A DNA stretch of 64,000 nt from Eutreptiella sp. 'Long Island Sound 2002' (GCA_964036045.1 OZ038378.1:12958001-13022000); one strand, 5' to 3'; numbered from the stretch's first letter, positions 1 to 12,144 are shown. The notes: generated from the letters alone by a model not told the origin. Numbers and translations are program-made.

Positions 1-1223
1 ATTTTGGCACCAGCCCCCCCCCTCTGTGTCCCCCACAAGTAAGCGTGCAAGTAAGCAGGCAGATGGGCAGCGGTGCATGACTGGAGCTTGCATGGTGTTG
101 GCAGGGGAGGCACAGGGGGCAGGGTTGAAGCAGCCCCCCCAAGATCACTTTGCAGCTGGTCCTTGTGGGCTCGAGTCTCTAAAAGGCGGCTTGACCACAG
201 CGCTCAGAGGTCCTGCCTGATTCATGAACAATGTGCAAATTCCTGCCGCCGTGATAGGGCACAAATTGGCCATGGGGTGGTATCTCCAACCCTCGTTCCC
301 CAACTCAAACATGCATGCAAACATACACAGCAAACCTGATACCCTGTCTCAAGAGTGTCATAAGCTTCCAGGCGCTGCTGCTGGTTACAAGCAGGTGTGC
401 GCACTACATTGTCATGCGTAGTGTTCAGCAAGACCAAGCCCCCCGAAAGTCGGGGGCAAGTACCTGCTGGGTTGCTCTCCTGCAGCAGATGAGAAGCATT
501 CTGAACAGAGGAACAGACGACGGGGTCATAGCAAGGCAAGAGGCTCCGACACAAAATGTAGCACAAACACAGCATTTGCAGTAAAGCAGGAATCCTCATA
601 AATGCGAAATCTCTTGGGGTCGGCTGGAACATTCCAACATGTCCTCAAGAGATATGCAGTTGTGGGCAGGGCAGAGGAGCTCACTGTGGACCACCAGTGC
701 GTTCAACGGGCGAAATCTACATGATTCGTTTTTCGCCCAGTTTGCGATGGAAAATACCTTGACATGCCACCTTGATACCTAGCCTAGCTCCCTTGCATGG
801 CCCTCCCATGATGAACGGTTGATCATGCTTTATGGGCATGGAGGGCAGGAGCACAAGGATGACTGTGTACCTGCATATCAACAGAATCTATTGCATCTTC
901 GTTGGAATCTCGTAAATGCCAAAAGTACCCTGAGCGCCCATGGACTTCGACAACGATCTTGGACACCGCAAAGGCATACTGGATAAGCTGCCAATGCGCA
1001 TCCACAAAACCAGACCAATCAGCATTGTCCATCGGGAAGATGGGGTGCAGCAGCTCCGTGATGGGGTGGCCCGTGGTTATCCTCCGTTTCTTGTAACAAT
1101 GCTGGCTGGCAACCTCCTGCCCCTGCCCCAACCGCTTTTGGAGTAAGCAGCGACATAGCTGAACTTTGTGACGTTCCCCCATAACCACAGCCCAATGCAC
1201 AGCAGAGCACAACAACAGGGGAC

Positions 1224-2569
1224 CTGTGTGCAGTGTCGTGCCCGCAAAATAGAGCCACTGTGCTGTCTTTGGAAGATAGTGTACAGGCCCGGCCTGCACT
1301 TGGCAACGCCATAGCCGCCCACCTCGCCCGTCACAGGGTTGTATCCTCTGAGATCCAGGTGCTAGCTTGGCTGGGGCAAGGGCACTTGGTCGACCTTGTG
1401 CAAAGATGATATGCACAATGAGCGCTCGATGTCAGCAAACCTGCACCAGCAAGGGCTTCAGGGTGCAGAAATTGGGACCCTGAGACCTTTGGCAAGCATC
1501 AGACTAAAAATTGAAAATTCCTGGTGTGACAGCAGGGGCTGCGGGGTGCAGAAATTGGGACCATGAGACCTTTGGCAAGCATCAGACTAAAAATTAAAAA
1601 TTCCTGGTGTGACAGCAGGGGCTGTAGGGTGCGGAGATTGGGACCCTGAGACCTTTGGCAAGCATGAGACGAAAAATTAAAAATTCCTGGTGTGACAGCA
1701 GGGGCTGCAGGGTGCAGAAATTGGGACCCTGAGACCTTTGGCAAGCATGAGACTAAAAATTAAAAATTGCTGGTGTGACAGCAGGGGCTGCAGGGTGCAG
1801 AAATTGGGACCCTTAGACCTTTGGCAAGCATCAGACTAAAAATTAAAAATTGCTGGTGTGACAGCAGGGGCTGCGGGGTGCAGAAATTGGGACCCTGAGC
1901 CCTTTGGCAAGCATCAGACTAAAAATTAAAAATTCTTGGTGTGACAGCAGGGGCTGCAGGATGCAGAAATTGGGACCCTGAGACCTTTGGCAAGCATCAG
2001 ACTAAAAATTAAAAATTCCCTGTGTGACAGCAGGCTCTATCACATTATGGTTGCTAAACATGTTTGGCTCCGACCATGCAAACTGCCTACCCTCCAAAAT
2101 GCCATGGTTGCGCACAAAGCACCTCATGTTGCAGTCGAGATACCTTCAGAAAATCGAGGTCATTTCCGCTTGTGTGAGTGCCAGAAACGAGGAGCTGGAT
2201 CTCGGCCTCCAATTCCGCGTCGTACTTCTTCAAAGGGGGCCAGTCGAGGGTCAGCGTAGGCCATGTGCGGCCTAAATAGGTAATAAATGGGTGGCAAAAT
2301 CCACATGGTGGTATCATATAGAAGGGCAGAGTGCACACAGTGTGGAACAACACATGGCGGCAAAATGCACCCAGACTGGTATAACAAATGGCGGAAAAAT
2401 ACACCCATAATGGTATATGAAATGGCGGAAAAGTACACATATGGGGATATAATAAATGGCAGCAAAGTGCACAAATGCGGCAAAGCGCACCTGCGGTGAC
2501 AACGACGTCATACAGATAAGGTACGTTTTTCTTCCACTTGGAATACCTCTGCAGATGCACGTCCTCCAT
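1224..2569 (-). pseudogene. RBBP4/7-MSI1 (CAF-1 p48)-like 5' gene fragment, copy A; exons 2491-2569, 2144-2271, 1224-1394; nonsense codon at 1362-1364
   Basis: Spliced with GT-AG and consistent phase: MEDVHLQRYSKWKKNVPYLYDVVVTAGRTWPTLTLDWPPLKK...SGTHTSGNDLDFLK|VDQVPLPQPS*. This matches the H4-binding N-terminus of RBBP4 (WKKNxPxLYD, WPxLTxxW, GTHTS). CAG>TAG in exon 3. Confidence 0.88.
1453..2033. repeat. 83-bp tandem repeat (VNTR), ~7 copies, inside intron 2 of the RBBP4-like gene copy A
   Basis: Unit GGGTGCAGAAATTGGGACCCTGAGACCTTTGGCAAGCATCAGACTAAAAATTAAAAATTCCTGGTGTGACAGCAGGGGCTGCA repeats with period 83. Confidence 0.97.
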
Positions 2570-2689
2570 TTCGAAGGCTGGTGGTAATCGTGGGCCGTAG
2601 GATCCAGTAAGGTGATGCTGAAGAGAGCACACACGCACAGTGGCAAAGGAGGCGACCTGGCCCAGGACCGTCCAACTGCAGGGGGAGCG

Positions 2690-2905
2690 CTCCCCAAAAG
2701 ATGGCACCCGGGTACGGGGGGTGGAGGGGTCAAAATCGAAAACTTCACTGGCGGATCATTTTGTCTCCCCAAATGATGATTTTACAAGGCGTTGGACATC
2801 CGATATCATACCTTGGGGTATGCTATGCGAATGACCCCAAAATAGGGTGGTATATGGCCCCGCGCCTGCGTTTGATCTAACAACCTCACCTGGAGGTGAT
2901 GTTCC
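2690..2905 (+). repeat. Dispersed repeat (transposon-end-like), also at 6292-6507(+) and, inverted, at 13195-13410
   Basis: GGGTACGGGGGG..GGGGTCAAAATCGAAAA...AAATGATGATTTTACA...ATACCTTGGGGTAT..TACGCGAATGACCCC...GATCTAACAACC aligns (roughly 80% by eye) with the reverse complement of 13195-13410. Confidence 0.85.
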
Positions 2906-3299
2906 GGGCATTTCCGGAACATTTCCGCCACCCAACACATTTTGGCACCAGCCCCCCCCCTCTGTGTCCCCCACAAGTAAGCGTGCAAGTAAGCAGGCAG
3001 ATGGGCAGCGGTGCATGACTGGAGCTTGCATGGTGTTGGCAGGGGAGGCACAGGGGGCAGGGTTGAAGCAGCCCCCCCAAGATCACTTTGCAGCTGGTCC
3101 TTGTGGGCTCGAGTCTCTAAAAGGCGGCTTGACCACAGCGCTCAGAGGTCCTGCCTGATTCATGAACAATGTGCAAATTCCTGCCGCCGTGATAGGGCAC
3201 AAATTGGCCATGGGGTGGTATCTCCAACCCTCGTTCCCCAACTCAAACATGCATGCAAACATACACAGCAAACCTGATACCCTGTCTCAAGAGTGTCAT

Positions 3300-3470
3300 A
3301 AGCTTCCAGGCGCTGCTGCTGGTTACAAGCAGGTGTGCGCACTACATTGTCATGCGTAGTGTTCAGCAAGACCAAGCCCCCCGAAAGTCGGGGGCAAGTA
3401 CCTGCTGGGTTGCTCTCCTGCAACAGATGAGAAGCATTCTGAACAGAGGAACAGACGACGGGGTCATAGC
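3300..3470 (-). mobile_element. Degenerate non-LTR retrotransposon remnant within each array unit (also ~362-532 and ~6902-7072)
   Basis: Reads SRYLPPTFGGLGLAEH, matching the LYLPxxxGGLGL motif downstream of LINE RT; stops lie nearby. Confidence 0.4.
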
Positions 3471-3808
3471 AAGGCAAGAGGCTCCGACACAAAATGTAGC
3501 ACAAACACAGCATTTGCAGTAAAGCAGGAATCCTCATAAATGCGAAATCTCTTGGGGTCGGCTGGAACATTCCAACATGTCCTCAAGAGATATGCAGTTG
3601 TGGGCAGGGCAGAGGAGCTCACTGTGGACCACCAGTGCGTTCAACGGGCGAAATCTACATGATTCGTTTTTCGCCCAGTTTGCGATGGAAAATACCTTGA
3701 CATGCCACCTTGATACCTGGCCTAGCTCCCTTGCATGGCCCTCCCATGATGAACGGTTGATCATGCTTTATGGGCATGGAGGGCAGGAGCACAAGGATGA
3801 CTGTGTAC

Positions 3809-4045
3809 CTGCATATCAACAGAATCTATTGCATCTTCGTTGGAATCTCGTAAATGCCAAAAGTACCCTGAGCGCCCATGGACTTCGACAACGATCTTGG
3901 ACACCGCAAAGGCATACTGGATAAGCTGCCAATGCGCATCCACAAAACCAGACCAATCAGCATTGTCCATCGGGAAGATGGGGTGCAGCAGCTCCGTGAT
4001 GGGGTGGCCCGTGGTTATCCTCCGTTTCTTGTAACAATGCTGGCT
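3809..4045 (-). other. Possible further WD40-repeat exon of the RBBP4-like gene (also near 871-1107 and 7411-7647)
   Basis: Frame ...GRSGYFWHLRDSNEDAIDSVDMQ ends in CAG|GTACAC and loosely resembles RBBP4 [20 protein letters not shown]. No clear acceptor found. Confidence 0.3.
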
Positions 4046-4161
4046 GGCAACCTCCTGCCCCTGCCCCAACCGCTTTTGGAGTAAGCAGCGACATAGCTGA
4101 ACTTTGTGACGTTCCCCCATAACCACAGCCCAATGCACAGCAGAGCACAACAACAGGGGAC

Positions 4162-6171
4162 CTGTGTGCAGTGTCGTGCCCGCAAAATAGAGCCACTGTG
4201 CTGTCTTTGGAAGATAGTGTACAGGCCCGGCCTGCACTTGGCAACGCCATAGCCGCCCACCTCGCCCGTCACAGGGTTGTATCCTCTGAGATCCAGGTGC
4301 TGGCTTGGCTGGGGCAAGGGCACTTCGTCGACCTTGTGCAAAGATGATATGCACAATGAGCGCTCGATGTCAGCAAACCTGCACCAGCAGGGGCTTCAGG
4401 GTGCAGAAATTGGGACCCTGAGACCTTTGGAAAGCATCAGACTAAAAAGTGAAAATTCCTGGTGTGACAGCAGGGGCTGCGGGGTGCAGAAGTTGGGACC
4501 GTGAGACCTTTGGCAAGCATCAGACTAAAAATTAAAAATTCCTGGTGTGACAGCAGGGGCTGCAGGGTGCAGAAATTGGGACCCTGAGACCTTTGGCAAG
4601 CATCAGACTAAAAATTAAAAATTCCTGGTGTGACAGCAGGGGCTGTAGGGTGCAGAAAGTGGGACCCTTAGACCTTTGGCAAGCATCAGACTAAAAATTA
4701 AAAATTGCTGGTGTGACAGCAGGGGCTGCGGGGTGCAGAAATTGGGACCCTGAGACCTTTGGCAAGCATCAGACGAAAAATTAAAAATTGCTGGTGTGAC
4801 AGCAGGGACTGCAGGGTGCAGAAATTGGGACCCTGAGACCTTTGGCAAGCATCATACTAAAAATTAAAAATTGCTGGTGTGACAGCAGGGGCTGCGGGGT
4901 GCAGAAATTGGGACCCTTAGACCTTTGGCAAGCATCAGACTAAAAATTAAAAATTGCTGGTGTGACAGCAGGGGCTGCAGGGTGCAGAAATTGGGCCCCT
5001 AAGACCTTTGGCAAGCATCAGACTAAAAATTAAAAATTGCTGGTGTGACAGCAGGGGCTGCGGGGTGCAGAAATTGGGACCCTGAGACCTTTGGCAAGCA
5101 TCAGACTAAAAATTAAAAATTGCTGGTGTGACAGCAGGGGCTGCAGGGTGCAGAAATTGGGACCCTGAGACCTTTGGCAAGCATCAGACTAAAAATTGAA
5201 AATTCCTGGTGTGACAGCAGGGGCTGTAGGGTGCAGAAAGTGGGACCCTGAGACCTTTGGCAAGCATCAGACGAAAAATTAAAAATTCCTGGTGTGACAG
5301 CAGGGGCTGCAGGGTGCAGAAATTGGGACCCTGGGACCTTTGGCAAGCATCAGACTAAAAATTAAAAATTGCTGGTGTGACAGCAGGGGCTGCAGGGTGC
5401 AGAAATTGGGACCCTGAGACCTTTGGCAAGCATCAGACTAAAAATTAAAAATTGCTGGTGTGACAGCAGGGGCTGCGGGGTGCAGAAATTGGGACCCTGA
5501 GACCTTTGGCAAGCATCAGACTAAAAATTAAAAATTCTTGGTGTGACAGCAGGGGCTGCAGGATGCAGAAATTGGGACCCTGAGACCTTTGGCAAGCATC
5601 AGACTAAAAATTAAAAATTCCTTGTGTGACAGCAGGCTCTATCACATTATGGCTGCTAAACATGTTTGGCTCCGACCATGCAAACTGCCTACCCTCCAAA
5701 ATGCCATGGTTGCGCACAAAGCACCTCATGTTGCAGTCGAGATACCTTCAGAAAATCGAGGTCATTTCCGCTTGTGTGAGTGCCAGAAACGAGGAGCTGG
5801 ATCTCGGCCTCCAATTCCGCGTCGTACTTCTTCAAAGGGAGCCAGTCGAGGGTCAGCGTAGGCCATGTGCGGCCTAAATAGGTAATAAATGGGTGGCAAA
5901 ATCCACATGGTGGTATCATATAGAAGGGCAGAGTGCACACAGTGTGGAACAACACATGGCGGCAAAATGCACCCAGACTGGTATAACAAATGGCGGAAAA
6001 ATACACCCATAATGGTATATGAAATGGCGGAAAAGTACACATATGGGGATATAATAAATGGCAGCAAAGTGCACAAATGCGGCAAAGCGCACCTGCGGTG
6101 ACAACGACGTCATACAGATAAGGTACGTTTTTCTTCCACTTGGAATACCTCTGCAGATGCACGTCCTCCAT
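4162..6171 (-). CDS. RBBP4/7-MSI1-like 5' gene fragment, copy B; exons 6093-6171, 5746-5873, 4162-4332 (126 codons, open); 3' part uncertain
   Basis: Exon 3 VDEVPLPQPSQHLDLRGYNPVTGEVGGYGVAKC...HSGSILRARHCTQ parallels RBBP4 ASVQLP...GEFGGFG...HEGEVNRAR. Keeps the conserved DWLP. A candidate trans-splice acceptor (ctctcttcag) lies 48 nt upstream of the ATG. The exon 3 donor is tentative. Confidence 0.8.
4391..5635. repeat. 83-bp tandem repeat (VNTR), ~15 copies, inside intron 2 of the RBBP4-like gene copy B
   Basis: Same unit as 1453-2033; 1245 bp / 83 = 15 copies. Confidence 0.97.
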
Positions 6172-7763
6172 TTCGAAGGCTGGTGGTAATCGTGGGCCGT
6201 AGGATCTAGTAGGGTGATGCTGAAGAGAGCACACACGCACAGTTCCAAAGGAGGCGACCTGGCCCAGGACCGTCCAACTGCAGGGGGAGCGCTCCCCAAA
6301 AGATGGCACCCGGGTACGGGGGGTGGAGGGGTCAAAATCGAAAACTTCACTGGCGGATCATTTTGTCTCCCCAAATGATGATTTTACAAGGCGTTGGGCA
6401 TCCGATATCATACCTTGGGGTATGCTATGCGAATGACCCCAAAATAGGGTGGTATATGGCCCCGCGCCTGCGTTTGATCTAACAACCTCACCTGGAGGTG
6501 ATGTTCCGGGCATTTCCGGAACATTTCCGCCACCCAACACATTTTGGCACCAGCCCCCCCCCTCTGTGTCCCCCACAAGTAAGCGTGCAAGTAAGCAGGC
6601 AGATGGGCAGCGGTGCATGACTGGAGCTTGCATGGTGTTGGCAGGGGAGGCACAGGGGGCAGGGTTGAAGCAGCCCCCCCAAGATCACTTTGCAGCTGGT
6701 CCTTGTGGGCTCGAGTCTCTAAAAGGCGGCCTGACCACAGCGCTCAGAGGTCCTGCCTGATTCATGAACAATGTGCAAATTCCTGCCGCCGTGATAGGGC
6801 ACAAATTGGCCATGGGGTGGTATCTCCAACCTTCGTTCCCCAACTCAAACATGCATGCAAACATACACAGCAAACCTAATACCCTGTCTCAAGAGTGTCA
6901 TAAGCTTCCAGGCGCTGCTGCTGGTTACAAGCAGGTGTGCGCACTACATTGTCATGCGTAGTGTTCAGCAAGACCAAGCCCCCCGAAAGTCGGGGGCAAG
7001 TACCTGCTGGGTTGCTCTCCTGCAGCAGATGAGAAGCATTCTGAACAGAGGAACAGACGACGGGGTCATAGCAAGGCAAGAGGCTCCGACACAAAATGTA
7101 GCACAAACACAGCATTTGCAGTAAAGCAGGAATCCTCATAAATGCGAAATCTCTTGGGGTCGGCTGGAACATTCCAACATGTCCTCAAGAGATATGCAGT
7201 TGTGGGCAGGGCAGAGGAGCTCACTGTGGACCACCAGTGCGTTCAACGGGCGAAATCTACATGATTCGTTTTTCGCCCAGTTTGCGATGGAAAATACCTT
7301 GACATGCCACCTTGATACCTAGCCTAGCTCCCTTGCATGGCCCTCCCATGATGAACGGTTGATCATGCTTTATGGGCATGGAGGGCAGGAGCACAAGGAT
7401 GACTGTGTACCTGCATATCAACAGAATCTATTGCATCTTCGTTGGAATCTCGTAAATGCCAAAAGTACCCTGAGCGCCCATGGACTTCGACAACGATCTT
7501 GGACACCGCAAAGGCATACTGGATAAGCTGCCAATGCGCATCCACAAAACCAGACCAATCAGCATTGTCCATCGGGAAGATGGGGTGCAGCAGCTCCGTG
7601 ATGGGGTGGCCCGTGGTTATCCTCCGTTTCTTGTAACAATGCTGGCTGGCAACCTCCTGCCCCTGCCCCAACCGCTTTTGGAGTAAGCAGCGACATAGCT
7701 GAACTTTGTGACGTTCCCCCATAACCACAGCCCAATGCACAGCAGAGCACAACAACAGGGGAC

Positions 7764-7934
7764 CTGTGTGCAGTGTTGTGCCCGCAAAATAGAGCCACTG
7801 TGCTGTCTTTGGAAGATAGTGTACAGGCCCGGCCTGCACTTGGCAACGCCATAGCCGCCCACCTCGCCCGTCACAGGGTTGTATCCTCTGAGATCCAGGT
7901 GCTGGCTTGGCTGGGGCAAGGGCACTTCGTCGAC
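7764..7934 (-). pseudogene. Orphan copy of RBBP4-like exon 3 with no exons 1-2 upstream
   Basis: Same as 4162-4332 except RAR>RAQ; upstream there is only a truncated VNTR and unrelated sequence. Confidence 0.8.
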
Positions 7935-7992
7935 CTTGTGCAAAGATGATATGCACAATGAGCGCTCGATGTCAGCAAACCTGCACCAGCAG

Positions 7993-8097
7993 GGGCTTCA
8001 GGGTGCAGAAATTGGGACCCTGAGACCTTTGGCAAGCATCAGACTAAAAATTGAAAATTCCTGGTGTGACAGCAGGGGCTGTAGGGTGCAGAAATTG
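7993..8097. repeat. Truncated 83-bp repeat (~1.25 copies) marking the right boundary of the tandem array
   Basis: One full unit, then GGGTGCAGAAATTG, then non-repeat sequence. Confidence 0.93.
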
Positions 8098-8489
8098 CAG
8101 AAATTGCCCAAAAGCTCTATACATATTAGCATGCCCAAATCGCAGGCACGGGCGCCTGAAGCCTCCCTCTCACCACCCATCACGTCCCTTCTGGCCCTGG
8201 GAGCTTTGTGTTGTGGTGCGTTGTGCTGTGCAGTGTTATGTGCTGTGCTATGTGCTGTGTGCTATGGGGGAGTATCTGCGCCGCGCGCTACTATGGAGAT
8301 CAAAGCTAACAATCCAAATATGTACGCAGGGCAGGTGGATAACAAGCTGGTGCCTCAGGTGTTGAGAGCCATGGGGGAAACAGGCAATACATACTGCACG
8401 TGTCGCACAATAGCGCACCACACAATGGATGAAGAGGAACCAAAGAACTGATCAGTAACATGTTGGAAAAAACTTCGTTTGCAGTGATG

Positions 8490-10884
8490 TCACGGCTGGT
8501 AGTTGCGGGCCAAGAATTTCAGAAATGCAGGGTTGTGCTGCAGCTCTATCCCATGCAAGGTGCCAAGGATGATGTGGCGCCGCGCATGTGGACCATGGTG
8601 TACTCCTCTACCCTGATATGTCATATTGCAGTGTTGTATAGCGTGGTTGAGTTGGGTGGGGTGTGCTGGCGTGGGGTTGTCTGGGGTGTGCCGTGGTCAG
8701 CTCAGTATCGAAACACGGCCCACTCCGAGGCTGATTTGTTTACATGTCACCCCTTGATTGATTCCCCCCATGCATTCAGACAGCCACAGCAATGCAAACA
8801 ACAGCATGAAAATGGAGACGGACCCAACCCTTCCTTTCACGTCACACTGTTCCAGTACCTGATACTTTCTCTTCAGGGCCTGAATGGCCTGGAGTCGCTG
8901 CTGCGGATTGGCGGTGCCCATAGCGCACAGCGCTGCCAAGGCCCCACGCAGCAGCTGAACACCACCATCGGGACCGGTCATTAACACCTCCCGAATGGTG
9001 AGCGCCTGGATGAGGAATAGGACGTTCGTGTGAACAAAACCCCACAACATGCGCGCACACACACAGCAACGTTACCAGGTCGGCTTTGGGGAGCAAGTAG
9101 GCCTCCCCTACTGAAGGCCACTGCGCTAAACCCACTTTTTGTGCGCAGATTTCACGGCCACGAAACGTCGGTTCAGCGCATAGGCCCTGGCATTGGTATG
9201 AAAGTTCCCCGTGCACCCCAAAAGCCTCCGCGGCACCTGGGGCAGGGGCTATTGTGTTACAGAACCATGGCTCACAGAACCCCCTGCTTGCTTCACGTGT
9301 GCACAACAAGACGGCTGCTTACTGCACCAGAACGGGTATAGTGCAAGGGAAATGTCCCCAGCACGCACAAATGGGTCCACTATTGCACCAGGAAAGGGTC
9401 CCTATTTCATATGCAGAGTGTGCACAAAATGTCTTCTTAATCCACAGGCAACCCGGACATGACAGGCACAGCGTCCCACCAGCACATTTAGCCCGGGGCA
9501 CATGCTGCATCACGGGGATGAGCACCGTGTGTATGGAGTGGGTAGGTCAAAATGTGACTGGGGTAAATAAGCATAGGGCTGCAAGCATAGGGTACCACAG
9601 GCATTGCTGTCACCACATTGAGAACGTGTGATCCCAGACCAACCGTTCGATGCAACACCAACGATCAGGGACTAATAGCTGCATAAGTAATGGAATGCTT
9701 TACCCACACCTTACATCCACAAATTGTTCAAGTCTATGCCCAGAATGCTAGAGGCATTTTCCAAGGCTCATGGCCGATTAAATTTGGTCTTCGACTCCAT
9801 GTCCTTTGCTGTTTTGTTCTGTTTCTAGGCATTTGTTCTTTGTGTATGCTTGCAAATGGAGGTGCAGACGCTTTCACTTGAACCCTTTTTGTGTTTCCAT
9901 TTTTTGTTTTGCACACGGGTTGTTACCAATGTTTTGCACTGCCATGTATCCCCACCCCCAGTATGCCCGGCACTCGTCGTTGTGCTGTCGGCCCACAGCC
10001 CACGCTGAGGGAAGGACAAAACGGTGGGCAGTATTGGCTTCCACCCCGCCCTGCGTTGCACGGAGTAGTGTTGGGAGTGCGTGCCCTGTCTTCCTGTAAA
10101 GTCCCAGGGCAGCTGTCATGTCCGCAGGGCACCCATCATGTCCGTCATGTCCAGAGGGCACCAGTCATGTCCACGGGGCATCTGTCATGTCCGCAGGGCA
10201 CGTCATGTCCGCAGGGCACCTGTCATGTCCGGAGGGCTCGTGTTATATCTGCAGGGCACCTGTCATGTCCGCAGGACACCTGTCATGTCCGCAGGGCACC
10301 TGTTAGGTCCGCACGACACTTATCATGTCCGCAAGACACCTGTGGTGTCCGCAGGGCACATGTCCTGTCCGCAGGGCACCTATCATGTCCGCATGGCACC
10401 TTTCGTGTCCGCAGGGCAACTGACATGTCTGCTGGGCATGTGTCACGTCCGAAGGGCACCTATCATGTCGGCAGGGCACCTGTCATGTCCGAAGGGCACC
10501 TGTCATGACCGCATGGAACCTGTCAGGTCCGCATGGCACCTGTCATGTCGGCAGGGCACCTGTTGTGTCCGCAAGGCACCTGACATGTCCGCAAGGCACC
10601 TGTCACGTCCGCTGGGCACCTATCCTGTCCGCACGGCACCTGTCATGACCGCAGGGCACCTGTCAGGTCCGCATGGCACCTGTCATGTCGGCAGGGCACC
10701 TGCCATGTCCGAAGGGCACTTGTCTCACACACACCTCATCAATCCAGGCCTTCTGAATCTTTTTCCTCAGGGATTGCTTTGACGTATCGGCATACCCAGC
10801 TTCGAGCAGCTGTTCGGCGATCTTGTCCTTGCCCCTGAGCCCACGGTCCAAGACCACCTTGATCACCTTCTCCCTCAGCGACAT
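8490..10884 (-). CDS. Uncharacterised 139-aa protein; exons 10735-10884, 8859-9005, 8490-8612
   Basis: All junctions are GT-AG and phase 0 (GAG|GTGTGT; cctattcctcatccag|GCG; CAG|GTACTG; atatcag|GGT). Product MSLREKVIKVVLDRGLRGKDKIAEQLLEAGYADTSKQSLRKKIQKAWIDE-ALTIREVLMTG...ALKRKYQ-GRGVHHG...FLKFLARNYQP*. Confidence 0.6.
10106..10724. repeat. 20-bp minisatellite, ~31 degenerate copies, in intron 1 of the 139-aa gene
   Basis: Consensus CTGTCATGTCCGCAGGGCAC. Confidence 0.96.
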
Positions 10885-12144
10885 AGACACCTGGGCACAG
10901 GGAAGAACAACATGATGGGACAGCATTGAAAAGGGGGACAGAACCAAGACAGTGCAAGCTGATGTCCCAGAGCAAAGCGCAATGAAAGGGCTATTCGGGA
11001 ACTTTTACTGGGGTGTGAGGGATCGGATCCCAGATCGGAGCATCCGATGCCGGGGACATTCTTCTGCCCCTTATTACAATGTGAATCCATATTGGAACCA
11101 GAGGTTTCTCAGGGTGCAGCAATGTGTATGAAACTGAGCAGGTTTGTACCTCAGTTGGTTCCAAATTTGCTTCTTTGGGTTGAGGGCTCTGAAGTGTACC
11201 ATCCCGTTGTGCCTGTCATGAGATTATAACATGCTGCTCAAAGTTCAAATTCATATGCCATTGTCATAGAAAGCCGGTGTGGGCGAAGGAAACTTTCTCT
11301 TGTTCAGCACAACCACCTTGCAAAGGCTTCTCGATTCACTCAACTCGCTCAGAGATACACCACCTGGGCTGTGTGACTCGTTTCAATAAGAGAACCGCCC
11401 CTCTTTACCCCACGCCACAATTGTTGTTGCACTGGGTGGGGCGGATTAGGACATGTGCAGGTAGGGAAGGGTGGAAATTCAGGCCCCCTGCCCAGTGTTG
11501 GTTGGAATGTGTGTGTCGCAGGGTGCATCATGGAGTAGTATCCCGCGACTCCTCCAGCATCACGTTGCGGTCCATCACCCCTCGACAACCCTTTGGGACC
11601 AACCTGCGCAGACTGCACAATGGGAACTTTGGTGATTGCCAAGATAGCCGGACCAGCAGGAGGTGGTGTGGTTGGATCCGACTGTGATTCCCCCGTGGAG
11701 AGGACGTCTAGTCCCCAGTCCTGACGACCCATCACACCAAGCATTGAGGTCCCTGCCCTTGGCGTTCCTACGTGTGTCCCACGGGTGGGGGCAACTCCTC
11801 GGGTTTGGACACCAACCCCCCCCCCCCACTAATTGTTGGCAGGAGGCCCCCTAGGGGGGAGGTTCTAGGATGGGCGATGGGGGGGGGGGGGTCCAGGAGG
11901 GGCAATTTGGGGGGGAGCTGGGGGGGGGCGGATGCCCCCAAGGCCAAGCGTTGGTTCTTCACAGGTTCCCCTTACCTCCCTTTGCCCTTCCTTTAACCAT
12001 ACCATCACCCTAAACCTAACCCTAACCTTTGCAGCAAGCTGGTTCAGCCATGCCAGTCATGTTGATTAGGCCGAACAAGATCTTCCAAATTTCGTTCATG
12101 GCTGCTTTTTGCCACATCATTGCTCTCCATTTTGGACCCCGACA

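Larger units (their letters stand above)
1..8097. repeat. Tandem segmental array: ~2.6 near-identical units visible (periods 2938 and 3602 bp), may extend left of the window
   Basis: Sequence at 1 recurs at 2939 and 6541, and the ORF track repeats at +2938 and +3602. The period difference of 664 = 8 x 83 bp is VNTR copy number. Scattered SNPs distinguish the copies. Confidence 0.98.

Noticed and set aside
3480-3660. Plus-strand SF2 helicase motif V/VI look-alike (ILINAKSLGVGWNIP...HQCVQRA)
   Set aside because: Needs frameshifts, has no motif I/II, and the opposite strand is better explained by RBBP4-like exons and a LINE GGLGL motif.
1453-5635. 83-bp arrays as CRISPR
   Set aside because: Head-to-tail units with no unique spacers, no cas genes, and a eukaryotic intronic context.
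10081-10782. ORFs over minisatellites and microsatellites (also 12120-12425, 47167-47589, 50314-50674, 55464-56133)
   Set aside because: Open frames are by-products of repeat periodicity (CHVRRAP, LGLGL, KKFW, HTHT, YKVVQ).
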